Source: an uncultured Thermoplasmata archaeon
GTDB taxonomy: Archaea; Thermoplasmatota; Thermoplasmata; RBG-16-68-12
DNA length: 64,000 nt
NCBI GenBank assembly: GCA_963768855.1
Contig: CAVYJM010000007.1
Location: 32,001-96,000 of the forward strand
Direction of reading: 5' to 3'
Part shown: piece after piece, positions 38,526 through 47,754 of the stretch
Position numbering within the stretch: the first letter of the stretch is position 1
Layout of the letters: each line of letters opens with the position of its first letter
Translations under genes and position numbers: made by a program
The notes under the pieces: model-generated
The model's database searches: none
Told to the model about the DNA's origin: nothing
Seen by the model: only the letters and a program-made list of their open reading frames with translations

Positions 38526-39033
38526 GGACCTGAACAGCCAGCGCCATCTCGTCGGCCGGCGGATCCGTATGGCGGACGCCGAGGTGCTTACGAAGTACGT
38601 CTTCCCGTTCGTGGATGCTGCATGGTCCGTGCCTTTCTACATGATCGACGCGATGACGTACGGCCCGCGGGTGTACCGGGGCACCCTCGAGATCCGCTCG
38701 GGTAACCTTCACACGTCCGAACCCACTTCGAAACTGGAGAGCGTCACCGTGATCCCGACGGCCCGGTTCGAGGAGGTCGTCCACTTCGACCCGTGGTGGG
38801 TCTTCCGGGGGATCGCGGGTGTGGACCGTGCATGGGTCGACGCCGTCCTGGGGTCGAACATTGCGGGGACCTTCAACCACGAGGGGACGACGTACAAGCT
38901 CCACGACCTCGAGTTCGACCCGAGCCTCCGGACCCTGAACGGGCTGGTCGCGAAGGACCCCGTGTTCCGCGACCGGACGTTCCGCAAGGGGGACCTCGGA
39001 CTCCTCGAGCTCCGGAAGCCCGTCCGGAAGTGA
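38515..39033 (+). CDS. Hypothetical protein
   Basis: Protein-like composition; overlaps the rfcL stop, suggesting coupling. Confidence 0.7.
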   Translation: MKVEDLNSQRHLVGRRIRMADAEVLTKYVFPFVDAAWSVPFYMIDAMTYGPRVYRGTLEIRSGNLHTSEPTSKLESVTVIPTARFEEVVHFDPWWVFRGIAGVDRAWVDAVLGSNIAGTFNHEGTTYKLHDLEFDPSLRTLNGLVAKDPVFRDRTFRKGDLGLLELRKPVRK

Positions 39034-39103
39034 GAGGGCCGTGACTCTTCGGTCAACCGAAATGCCCAAAGGGCTTTTAGAGAGCTCTCGCTTGCCAGGC
39101 ACG

Positions 39104-40042
39104 ATGGACCCGGAGCGGCAAGAAGTCCTGGAGCGCCAGGGGTACCGAATCGTCGGAAACCACAGCGGCGTCAAGCTCTGCCACTGGACGAAGGCGAGCC
39201 TGACGAAGGGCGTCGGCTGCTACAAGCAGACCTTCTACGGGATCGACAGCCACCGCTGCCTCCAGATGACGCCGACCGTCGACGCGTGCAACCTGGGCTG
39301 CATGTTCTGCTGGCGGACCCAGGAGTGGGGCTCCGACTCCCTCCTCGAGGCGGACGATCCTGCGTTCATCGTGGACGAGTCCCTCCGCGCGCAGCGGGAG
39401 CTGCTCAGCGGGTACGGGGGCAACCCGAAGGTCTCCAAGGAGAGGTTCGACGAGGCGTGGAACCCGAACCAGGTCGCCATCAGCCTCACGGGAGAGCCGA
39501 CCTTGTACCGCCGGCTTGGCGAGATGATCGACGAGTTCAAGCGGCGGAACATGACGACGTTCCTCGTGACGAACGGCACGACGCCCGCCGTCCTGCGGCG
39601 CATGCACGAGGAGGGCCGTCTCCCGACGCAGCTCTACGTCACGGTCGCTGCTCCGAACGAGACGATCTACCAGCGGCTCATGGCACCCAAGTCGGACCAC
39701 GAGTTCCGAAAGCTCCAGGAGACGCTCGCCCTGCTCCCCAGCCTGCCCACGCGCACGGTCGTGCGGCATACGCTCGTCGACGGGTGGAACCTCGGATGGG
39801 AAGAGGAGTACGCGGCCCTCGACCTCGCGGGAAAGCCGAGGTTCATCGAGTGCAAAGGATACAGCTTCGTGGGGGAGAGCCGGTTGCGCCTGAAGGCGGA
39901 GAACATGCCCTCGCACGCCTCGATCCGCCGCTTCGCCGAGCGCCTCGCCGACCTGACGGGGTACGGGATCGCTGCGGAGCGGGAGGACAGCCGAGTCGTG
40001 CTCCTGACCACGGACGGTCGGCTGCACCCTATTCCCACCTAG
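39104..40042 (+). CDS. taw1: 4-demethylwyosine synthase (radical SAM)
   Basis: GVKLCHW, CYKQTFYGIDSHRCLQMTP, CNLGCMFCWR, SLTGEPTLY, ECKGYSFVG. Confidence 0.95.
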   Translation: MDPERQEVLERQGYRIVGNHSGVKLCHWTKASLTKGVGCYKQTFYGIDSHRCLQMTPTVDACNLGCMFCWRTQEWGSDSLLEADDPAFIVDESLRAQRELLSGYGGNPKVSKERFDEAWNPNQVAISLTGEPTLYRRLGEMIDEFKRRNMTTFLVTNGTTPAVLRRMHEEGRLPTQLYVTVAAPNETIYQRLMAPKSDHEFRKLQETLALLPSLPTRTVVRHTLVDGWNLGWEEEYAALDLAGKPRFIECKGYSFVGESRLRLKAENMPSHASIRRFAERLADLTGYGIAAEREDSRVVLLTTDGRLHPIPT

Positions 40043-40096
40043 AACAATCGGGTCGTCGGCCTTAATACGGGGTGTCCGGATGCGCGGCCGAGCCTC

Positions 40097-40630
40097 GTGG
40101 CGGACATCTGGACGGATTTCATCAACCTCCTCCTCGGCGCCTACGTGAATCCCCTCATCTTCCTCCCGCTCGTCTTCCTCTACGCGATCGCGATCGCCGC
40201 GATCCTGCCGATCCCGATCGAACTCAGCCTCATCGCCCCCATCCTGGACCAGCAGTGGGGATACCTGGTCGCGATCGCGATCGCGCTCGCGGCCGGCAAG
40301 ACGGTCGGGGCCTGGCTGATCTTCCTGCTCGGCGTGAAGGTCGAGGACAACATCCGGTGGTGGTCCGAGAAGTGGCGGTTCGCTAAGTGGTTCGTCGAGA
40401 AGGCAGACCTCTTCGTGCAGAAGACGGGATACCTGGGCCTGTACTTCCTGCTCAGCATCCCGCTCATGAGCGACACGATCCCGATCTACCTCTACTCCCT
40501 GTTCAACAAGGAGGGGAAGAGCCTCGAGCGCAACCTGTTCCTCGGCGCCAACTTCTTCGCGGCGCTGAACCGTGTCGCGGTCCTCGCAGGGCTCTTCCTC
40601 GTCGGCGTCGATCTCCTGCGCGGCGCGTGA
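40097..40630 (+). CDS. DedA/VTT-like membrane protein
   Basis: ILPIPIEL re-entrant motif, GKTVGA, LSIPLMSDT. Confidence 0.65.
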   Translation: MADIWTDFINLLLGAYVNPLIFLPLVFLYAIAIAAILPIPIELSLIAPILDQQWGYLVAIAIALAAGKTVGAWLIFLLGVKVEDNIRWWSEKWRFAKWFVEKADLFVQKTGYLGLYFLLSIPLMSDTIPIYLYSLFNKEGKSLERNLFLGANFFAALNRVAVLAGLFLVGVDLLRGA

Positions 40631-40667
40631 CCCATACCCTTATCCCGCTCCCCCCGATGGCGAGCGC

Positions 40668-41687
40668 GTGTTCGAGCTGCCCTCCATCCTCCGGGCCCCG
40701 GAGCTCCTTGACAAGGCCCTGGGGCGGGCGGGCAAGGCCACCTCGAAGGGACGGGACCGCGCGGAGAAGGCGCACAACCTTGCGGTGGCCAAGGTCCAGA
40801 CCGCCGGGCAGACGATCGAGAGTACGCTCCATGGCTACGTGAAGGCGTTCCCGACCCTCGACCGCCTCCCGCCGTTCTACCGCGAGCTCGTCGACATCCT
40901 GGTCGACCGGGACCGCCTCCGCCAGCACCTCGGGGCCGTCGACTGGGCCGCGGGGAAGGCCAAGGAGCTGACCCGCGCCTACGCGCGACGGATCGGCCGC
41001 GCATCGATGCAGGATATCCCCGCGCTCCGGAAGGAGGCGATCGGCCGCTTCGCGTCCATCGTGAACCAGGTTTCCGACGACCTGGATGCGCTCGTCGAGG
41101 CGCGGATCGCGCTGCGCAACATCCCGAGCTTGGACCCGGAGCTCCCCACGATCGTCGTCGCGGGCTACCCGAACGTGGGGAAGAGTGCCCTCGTGCGCGC
41201 GGTGTCGACCGGGAAGCCGAAGGTCGCCGCCTACCCCTTCACGACGCAGGGCGTGACGGTGGGGCACATCGACCGGGGCTACCAGCGCATCCAGATCCTG
41301 GACACGCCCGGGCTCCTGGACCGCCCGATGGAGAAGCGGAACAAGATCGAGCGGCAGGCCATCGCAGCCCTGCGCTACCTGGCGACCGTGGTCCTCTTCA
41401 TGCTCGACCCCACGGAGACCTGCGGGTACCCGCTCGACGACCAGCTGGGCCTCCTGCACTCCGTGATGGAGACCTTCCCGGACGCCCCGATCGTCGTCTT
41501 GGAGAACAAGTCCGACCTCGGAGGGGCCACCGCGGGCCATCTGCGCGGCTCGGCGCTGACCGGGGACGGCCTCCACGAACTGATGGACGTCCTCGCGGAG
41601 AAGGCTACCAGCCGCGGTCCTGGAGGCGCGCCTCGAGCGGGAGCGCCTTCGCGTCCGTCCCCTTCATCGGGAGCCCGAGGCCCTTAG
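40668..41687 (+). CDS. NOG1-family GTPase
   Basis: [33 protein letters not shown]. Confidence 0.93.
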   Translation: MFELPSILRAPELLDKALGRAGKATSKGRDRAEKAHNLAVAKVQTAGQTIESTLHGYVKAFPTLDRLPPFYRELVDILVDRDRLRQHLGAVDWAAGKAKELTRAYARRIGRASMQDIPALRKEAIGRFASIVNQVSDDLDALVEARIALRNIPSLDPELPTIVVAGYPNVGKSALVRAVSTGKPKVAAYPFTTQGVTVGHIDRGYQRIQILDTPGLLDRPMEKRNKIERQAIAALRYLATVVLFMLDPTETCGYPLDDQLGLLHSVMETFPDAPIVVLENKSDLGGATAGHLRGSALTGDGLHELMDVLAEKATSRGPGGAPRAGAPSRPSPSSGARGP

Positions 41688-42624
41688 ACACCTCGGCCAC
41701 GACGTTGGGATCGTCGAAGTGGGCGACTGCATCGACGACAGCGCGGCCGCGCTTCTCGGGATCCTCGGACTTGAAGATCCCCGAGCCGACGAACACGCCG
41801 TCGCATCCCATCAGCATCATGAGGGCGGCATCCGCGGGCGTCGCGACGCCTCCCGCCGCGAAGTTGACGACGGGGAGGCGGTGGATCTTCTTGACTTCGA
41901 TCAGGATCTGGAACAGGCCCTCCGTGACCTCGTCCAGGTTCTTCCCGGCGAAGACGACGTCGGCCTCTTTGACCGTCAAGTCCTCGCCCGCGATGGTCCG
42001 AATCTCCTTGAGGAGTCGGCCGTAGTTCTCGGAGAACTTCGTCGCAATCCTGTAGAGCTGCTCCTTGTCCCGCTCCTTGAGCTCCGCGATCGCCTCGTTG
42101 ACCATCCAGACGTGGCGCGTCGCCTCGACGATATCGCCCGTGCCGGCCTCGCCCTTCGTGCGGATCATCGCGGCGCCCTCGTAGATCCGGCGCACGGCCT
42201 CTCCCAGGTTGCGGCACCCGCAGACGAACGGCACGTTGAACTCGCGCTTGTTGACGTGGAAGAACGGATCGGCGGGCGTCAGGACCTCGGACTCGTCGAT
42301 CATGTCGACGCCGAGGGCCTCGAGGGCCTTCGCCTCGGCGACGTGCCCGATCCGGCACTTCGCCATCACCGGGATCGTGACCGCGTCCATGATTTCCTGG
42401 ATCTTCGTCGGGTCCGCCATGCGGGCCACGCCGCCCGCGGCGCGGATGTCCGCGGGGACGCGCTCGAGCGCCATGACCGCCACAGCGCCCGCCTCCTCGG
42501 CGATAGCCGCCTGCTCTGCGTTTGTGACGTCCATGATGACGCCTCCCTTCTGCATCTTCGCGAAGCCGCGCTTCAGCAGCTCGGTCCCAAATCGGAGGCG
42601 GGTGAGGTCGAGGTCGAGGGGCAT
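41605..42624 (-). CDS. pdxS: Pyridoxal 5'-phosphate synthase lyase subunit
   Basis: [60 protein letters not shown]. Confidence 0.97.
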   Translation of the reverse strand: MPLDLDLTRLRFGTELLKRGFAKMQKGGVIMDVTNAEQAAIAEEAGAVAVMALERVPADIRAAGGVARMADPTKIQEIMDAVTIPVMAKCRIGHVAEAKALEALGVDMIDESEVLTPADPFFHVNKREFNVPFVCGCRNLGEAVRRIYEGAAMIRTKGEAGTGDIVEATRHVWMVNEAIAELKERDKEQLYRIATKFSENYGRLLKEIRTIAGEDLTVKEADVVFAGKNLDEVTEGLFQILIEVKKIHRLPVVNFAAGGVATPADAALMMLMGCDGVFVGSGIFKSEDPEKRGRAVVDAVAHFDDPNVVAEVSKGLGLPMKGTDAKALPLEARLQDRGW

Positions 42625-42751
42625 GGCTGCACTCCCGTCGGGACTTACGGGACCTGGGTATTTCTAGGTGTCGATAAGGCAGCCGTGGAAACCACATTCC
42701 TATCCCTACGGTGGCCACCTGTCGAACCACAAAAGCGTACCTTGGCGGGAC

Positions 42752-43096
42752 CTACTCGCGGATCGTGAAGGACAGCATCTTGCCCCGGCCCCGGACTCCG
42801 ACTTTGATGCCCGGAAGCCGCCGGGAAAGGGAGTTCGCCAGGACGGGGGCCCGCTTCTCGTCCGCATAGCTCCCGTGGAGCTTCAGGGGGGCCGGGACGT
42901 CTTCGATCTTGAGCACGAGGAGCCCTCCGTGGTCGTCTATGGCCTTCCGGAGGGCCGTTTGCACGTCTGCGGGCAGCCGCAGATCGGGCCGCCGCCCATG
43001 GTCCGCCTCACTGCGGACTTCAACCGTGTAGTGCAGTTCTGTTCTGATCACTTGCCACAGAAGCAAGCGCCCCGACATAGGATTGGGGACCGACAC
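42752..43096 (-). CDS. Hypothetical protein
   Basis: Protein-like composition; no recognisable family; start uncertain. Confidence 0.45.
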   Translation of the reverse strand: MSVPNPMSGRLLLWQVIRTELHYTVEVRSEADHGRRPDLRLPADVQTALRKAIDDHGGLLVLKIEDVPAPLKLHGSYADEKRAPVLANSLSRRLPGIKVGVRGRGKMLSFTIRE

Positions 43097-43591
43097 GCAC
43101 GTTGGACCCGTCGGGACGGACCAAACTTCTCGTGTCGATGACCGGCGTAATGGAACCTGAGGCCGGTTAGGCCTTCACCAGGGTCTTGGCGGGACACTTG
43201 ACAGGAACATCCGGCCTTGAACTGAACCACCCGGGGTGAGAAGCCACCGCAGGGTGCCTAACGGATAATGGGTGTGAAACCACCCCTCCTCACGGACGCC
43301 GCATCGCCTCTCGTGAATCTACCGGTTTGCATGTGTGGAAGAGTGTTCCCGGCGGGGAGCAAGCGTGCGCATGGTGCAAATCCGATGGATCCCAGGCATT
43401 GAACGAGTCACGGCACCAGGAGGGCCTTCACGAGAGCCGCCCGGGAGGGCCGGCTGGTGGCTAGGAGGACCGCGAGTGCGACAAGGAGTGCGAAGACGAC
43501 GGCACCCGCGCGGGCAGGACGAATTCGGATCGACCTCTGCGCGGCCATGTCCACGCGGGGGAAAACGCTTTCCCAGGAAACCCCAGCGCGA

Positions 43592-44455
43592 TCAGGCCCC
43601 AGACAGCAAGATGATCCCGAGGATGAAGGCCACCAGGGCGACCGCGATCCGCCAATCGAGCTTCTCCTTGAGGAAGGCGGCCGCGCCGAGCGTGGCGATG
43701 ATGGGATACGTGCCGGAAATGGGCGCGACGAACGCTGCGGGCCCGAGGTCATACGCGATCGTGAGGGCGACCGCGCTTAGCCCGCCTGCAAGGAACACGA
43801 AGAGGCCGAGCTGCCAGGTCTTCCGCGACGGCGGATCTCCAGGGACTCCGTGGCGCCTTCGAAGGACCGCATACGCGAGCGTGACGCCTAGGTACCCGGA
43901 TGCGAGGAGGAGATCGAGGTTGCCCTCGCCGAGCGCACTCACGCTCGTCTTGACCAGGAACCCCCAGATCCCCCAGACGAAGAATCCCGCGAGGCTCAGG
44001 AGGACCGCAACCTGGCGGGAGGCGTCCCGGCGCTTCGGCTCGTACGCCAGGACGAGGATGCAGAGCATGATCAGGGCGATGCCGAGGACTGGGGAGAGAC
44101 CGAGGGTCTCACCCAGGAAGGCCACGCTGAGGACGACCGTCAGCATGGGGCAGGCCGCGGAGATCGTGCCGACGAGGCCCACGCTCCCCACGCGCATCCC
44201 CTCGTAGAAGAAAAGGTATCCGATCGCGCCGAGGATGCCCGCGGAGATCGCGGCGGCCGGAAAGAGTGGGTCCGCGGGCAAGGGACCGCGCGGGAGGACG
44301 AGCCCGACGAGGCCGAAGGCCGCCCCCTCGATCAGCGTCGTGCCGAGACCCATCGTCCGCGGGCCAAGGCGGTCCGTGCTGGGTTTCGCGGCGAGCGTGC
44401 CCAGCCCCCAGATCACGGTGCCGCCGAGGACCCACGCGAGCCAGTCCAGCGCCAT
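43592..44455 (-). CDS. EamA/DMT-family transporter
   Basis: Two EamA repeats (IWG..K, FYEGMR.G.V, FLGE / WGIWG, FLKE). Confidence 0.92.
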   Translation of the reverse strand: MALDWLAWVLGGTVIWGLGTLAAKPSTDRLGPRTMGLGTTLIEGAAFGLVGLVLPRGPLPADPLFPAAAISAGILGAIGYLFFYEGMRVGSVGLVGTISAACPMLTVVLSVAFLGETLGLSPVLGIALIMLCILVLAYEPKRRDASRQVAVLLSLAGFFVWGIWGFLVKTSVSALGEGNLDLLLASGYLGVTLAYAVLRRRHGVPGDPPSRKTWQLGLFVFLAGGLSAVALTIAYDLGPAAFVAPISGTYPIIATLGAAAFLKEKLDWRIAVALVAFILGIILLSGA

Positions 44456-44845
44456 TTCGCGCTGGGAGGGGGACGCGGGTCATGAGGTTTGCCGTGAGGG
44501 CATGAGCCTTAGGGCTGCTGCGTTCGACCCGCTACTCCGGCGGATCACACGGGCGTGAGCGCGTGCCCGCACTGGCCGCAGAGCGCGGTCTCGACCGCGA
44601 CGGGCGCGGTCGTCGAAGACCATTCGGAGGACCATGGGACGCGAATCCGTGGGTAGGCGTGTGGTACCTCCCTACAGATCCTCCACGCATCACCTGCGCG
44701 GCTGCGGGTCTCTCCGCTGCCCTCGCACGGGGTCGGCATACTGGGGAACGGTCCGGCATCTCACCCGGTCGAGCGGGGCCGCACTACGGCGCGACCGCGA
44801 CGCCTCGCTCCGACAGGCATCGGGCTGGTCCGTCCCGGCATCGCC

Positions 44846-44886
44846 CTTCCGGCCGCTCGTGGGCGACGGGGCGGGGGCACGTTCCC
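44846..44886 (+). repeat. Direct repeat, copy 1
   Basis: CTTCCGGCCGCTCGtGGGCGA-CGGGGCGGGGGCACgTT-CCC; 39 of 43 columns match the copy at 46406. Confidence 0.85.
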
Positions 44887-45052
44887 GGTCAAGCTGGAAG
44901 AGGAGCAGTGAGCATGGGAACACGATTCATGCGGTGGACGACGCGCCGAGCGATCCACGCGACCACGACGACGACCATGTGGGAGGACCTCTCACACTTC
45001 TCTGTGAACTGCTAGCACCAAAACGTTGAAGATGCCCTCGACCGCTTAAGGT

Positions 45053-46024
45053 GTGGATCTGAACGCGTTGAAGGCTAGGCTTGGTATCTACGTCCCCACG
45101 TACAAGGGATGGGTGAGAGGGGTTGACGAGGGCGAGAACGATCCCACTTTCCAGTATGCTGCTGAGACGACCGCCAAAGCTGAGGAGATCGGCATTGACT
45201 CCATATGGGTTGCAGATCATCTTCTGAATCCGCAGAAAGGGGAGCGGGAAAAGTCCCTTGAAGCCTGGACAACCCTGACGGCCCTCGCAGTCATCACCAA
45301 GAGGATGGAGCTCTTCAACACTACACTGTGCCAAGGCTTTCGGCACCCAGCCGTCCTAGCGAAGATGTGCGCCACTTTGGACGACATCTCCAATGGCAGA
45401 TTTCGGTTCGTCCTGGGGGCGGGATGGTTCAAGAGAGAATTCCAATCGTACGGCGTACCTTGGGATGAGGACCACGACACTAGAATTGATAGAGCGAGGG
45501 AGCAGTTAGAGATCATCAAATCCCTCTGGACCCAGCCAACGACCAACATCAAGGGGCGGTTCTACGAGATCATCGACGGCATTCTTGAACCCAAACCCTT
45601 CCAGAAGCCGCATCCTCCCATATGGTGGGGCGGACAATCAGAGAAGTCACGGGAGCTGGTTGCGGATCTAGCCGACGGCTGGTTAATGCATAGCTCCACC
45701 CTCCAAGAAGCCGAGGAGAAAGTCAGTGACATGACTAGAAGGCTTCAAGCAAAAGGAAGAACAGGAATGAAGTACGCGATTCCCGGCAGAGTGTATATGG
45801 GAAAGACTGAGGAAGACGCGAAGAAGCGAGTAGAGAAACTAGTCGGCGGAAACGCCGGCTTGCTGGAAGAGATTCTTGCGCGAGACTTCGTCGGTTCACC
45901 TCAGACCATCGCAGAGAGAATACATCGCCTCTCGGAAATTGGCTTTGATTATGTAATCCTCCAGCCTTCTCCAGCGTTGAAGACACTTGCCCAGATAGAA
46001 GAGCAATTGATTCCCATTCTGTGA
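45053..46024 (+). CDS. Luciferase-like (LLM) flavin- or F420-dependent oxidoreductase, low GC
   Basis: AEEIGIDSIWVADH, EAWTTL, RHPAVLAKM.ATLD.ISNGRF..GAGW, PxQKPHPPIWWGG. Confidence 0.93.
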   Translation: MDLNALKARLGIYVPTYKGWVRGVDEGENDPTFQYAAETTAKAEEIGIDSIWVADHLLNPQKGEREKSLEAWTTLTALAVITKRMELFNTTLCQGFRHPAVLAKMCATLDDISNGRFRFVLGAGWFKREFQSYGVPWDEDHDTRIDRAREQLEIIKSLWTQPTTNIKGRFYEIIDGILEPKPFQKPHPPIWWGGQSEKSRELVADLADGWLMHSSTLQEAEEKVSDMTRRLQAKGRTGMKYAIPGRVYMGKTEEDAKKRVEKLVGGNAGLLEEILARDFVGSPQTIAERIHRLSEIGFDYVILQPSPALKTLAQIEEQLIPIL

Positions 46025-46089
46025 CCGACATGCAACATTTGGAATTCCTTGATCTTTGGCGCGGGGCGCGGTGCTGGAAAAGTTCGGCC

Positions 46090-46186
46090 CCGCCGGGTTG
46101 AACCACTTGCTCAGGCTCTACGCCAGTACCAGAATCGAAGGACGGTCCTCCTCCTGGAGCGGCCGCAGCACGTAGCGCGATTTCAC
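46090..46186 (-). pseudogene. Possible GNAT N-terminal remnant with internal stop
   Basis: VKSRYVLRPLQEEDRPSILVLA*SLSKWFNP; TAG at 46118-46120. Confidence 0.35.
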
Positions 46187-46405
46187 GTGGCCCACGTCAG
46201 CTTGTGCGATGCTGCACGGTATATCCTTTCGGCTCCGACCGGAGCCGTAGTCCACGGCATCTTCGCTCCCTCCTCCCGGCGGCGGCCGTCAAACGGCTGA
46301 AGCTCAAGACGGTGGTAAGCATCCCCGCGGAAGTCCAGGCAATTCTAGTGTAGACCGAGACTTTTCGGTCTGTCCGCGGGCCTCACGGCCTCGGCCATTT
46401 TCCGT

Positions 46406-46448
46406 CTTCCGGCCGCTCGGGGGCGAACGGGGCGGGGGCACCTTTCCC
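46406..46448 (+). repeat. Direct repeat, copy 2
   Basis: CTTCCGGCCGCTCGgGGGCGAaCGGGGCGGGGGCACcTTtCCC. Confidence 0.85.
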
Positions 46449-46542
46449 TGTAGTGGCCGAACGCTGATGGTACGAACTCCGGACACCCTCATGGGAAAAC
46501 CGCCGCCGCACGAACTCGAGTCATCGGTGGGTGGCGCTCGGG

Positions 46543-46760
46543 TCAGTCCCGCGCCGGGAGGCGCAGCCGAAGCACGACGAGATCCACAGGCATCCCTTGG
46601 ACATCCTCCCGGACGCGGTCATCCACGACGAATCCATGCTGCTGGTAAAAGCCGATCGCTCGCTCGTTGACCGCCTCGGTCTTGACAACGATCGCCCTGG
46701 CCCGAGCGGCGAGTGACCGTTCCTTTGCTTCTTCGAGCAAGGCGCTCCCGCCGCAAACGC
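46543..46760 (-). pseudogene. GNAT acetyltransferase C-terminal fragment
   Basis: GSALLEEA..VKTEAVNERAIGFYQQHGF motifs A/B; there is no room for an N-terminal half before the divergent gene at 46788. Confidence 0.7.
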
Positions 46761-46787
46761 TTATGGTCTCGGTCCGGTTCCGCACCC

Positions 46788-47327
46788 GTGTTGCGGGTCA
46801 TCTGCGTCACCGGGATGCCGGCGGCGGGCAAAGAGGAGTTCCAGAAGGTCGCCGCGGAGGCGGGGTACGTCATCGTGCGGATGGGCGACGTGGTGCGGGA
46901 GGAGGCCCGCCGCCGCGGCCTGCCGATCACGGACGCGTCCGTCGGCGGCATGGCCCACGAGGAGCGACGCATGCACGGGCCGGCCGTGTGGGCCGAGCGG
47001 ACGATTCCGCACGTCCGGGCGGAGCGGGTCTGCATCGACGGCTTGCGCAGTCCCGCCGAACTCGCCGTCTTCCGCAAGGCGTTCGGGCCTGGCCTCGTGG
47101 TCTTCGCGGTCCACGCCTCCCCTGAAACGAGATGGGCAAGAGTCCGGAGGCGGCAGCGTGCGGACGATGCGACGACCTGGGAGGAGCTCCACCGCCGCGA
47201 CGAACGGGAGACGGGTTGGGGACTCGAGGACGTCATCGACGCGGCGGACGTCCAGATCGTCAACGAGGGCACGCTCGACGAGTTCTACGCGGCGGTCCGC
47301 AGCGCCCTGAGGAAGCTCGATGGCTAG
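46788..47327 (+). CDS. P-loop nucleotide kinase, archaeal CoaE-like (COG0237)
   Basis: VTGMPAAGKE, MGDVVREE, IDGLRS, RDERE.GWG, NEG. Confidence 0.8.
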   Translation: MLRVICVTGMPAAGKEEFQKVAAEAGYVIVRMGDVVREEARRRGLPITDASVGGMAHEERRMHGPAVWAERTIPHVRAERVCIDGLRSPAELAVFRKAFGPGLVVFAVHASPETRWARVRRRQRADDATTWEELHRRDERETGWGLEDVIDAADVQIVNEGTLDEFYAAVRSALRKLDG

Positions 47328-47754
47328 CCTTCCGATTCACTGGATTGTCGCCCGGGCGTACGCCCAGGCCACCGAGGAGGAAGATCGCGTCATCCAAGCG
47401 CTCGAGGCCGCGGTCTCCGGGGGCGTCGGCTCCCGCGACACGCTGGAAGGCCAGTTCGGGAACCCAGTGGTCGTGCTGCGGCGGAGGATCGACCGCTCCG
47501 AGGACCTCCGTTCGACGTGGGAACGGTGGCGCGGGGCCGGGCTCCTGGCGACGCTGAAGGACGATCTCGAGGAACGCCTCGACGACGATGGCGTCCTTCA
47601 CTTCCGGGTCGACAAGCAGTCCGCCTTCGGGGGGACCCTCGCTCCCGCCCGCGGCGCGGACCCCATCGACATCCAGGTGAAGTTGAAGGCCTATCCCGCC
47701 AAGGCGGAGGAAGTCCGCCGGGTGGCGCGGACCCTCCTCGAGGAGGCAGGCTGA
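47320..47754 (+). CDS. Archaeal RNA-binding-domain protein (COG1325-like)
   Basis: AQATEEEDRV, EGQFGNP, LHFRVDKQ, KLKAYP. Confidence 0.8.
   Translation: MASLPIHWIVARAYAQATEEEDRVIQALEAAVSGGVGSRDTLEGQFGNPVVVLRRRIDRSEDLRSTWERWRGAGLLATLKDDLEERLDDDGVLHFRVDKQSAFGGTLAPARGADPIDIQVKLKAYPAKAEEVRRVARTLLEEAG

Noticed and set aside
41605-41687. 83-nt convergent overlap of the NOG1 GTPase and pdxS 3' ends (and the 32-nt overlap at 50785-50816)
   Set aside because: Low-complexity tails running past each other are common in compact high-GC archaeal genomes.
41930-42100. About 40-aa insertion in PdxS
   Set aside because: Longer PdxS proteins of about 335 aa with this insertion are known from Thermococcales and Thermoplasmatales, so it is a lineage trait.
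44545-44739. 64-aa ORF ending in CGQCGH
   Set aside because: Only one CxxC, bounded by a nearby upstream stop, atypical composition; not supportable as a gene.
46118-46120. In-frame TAG as a pyrrolysine codon
   Set aside because: The fragment is short and degenerate, many intact genes here end in TAG, and no pyl genes are in the window.
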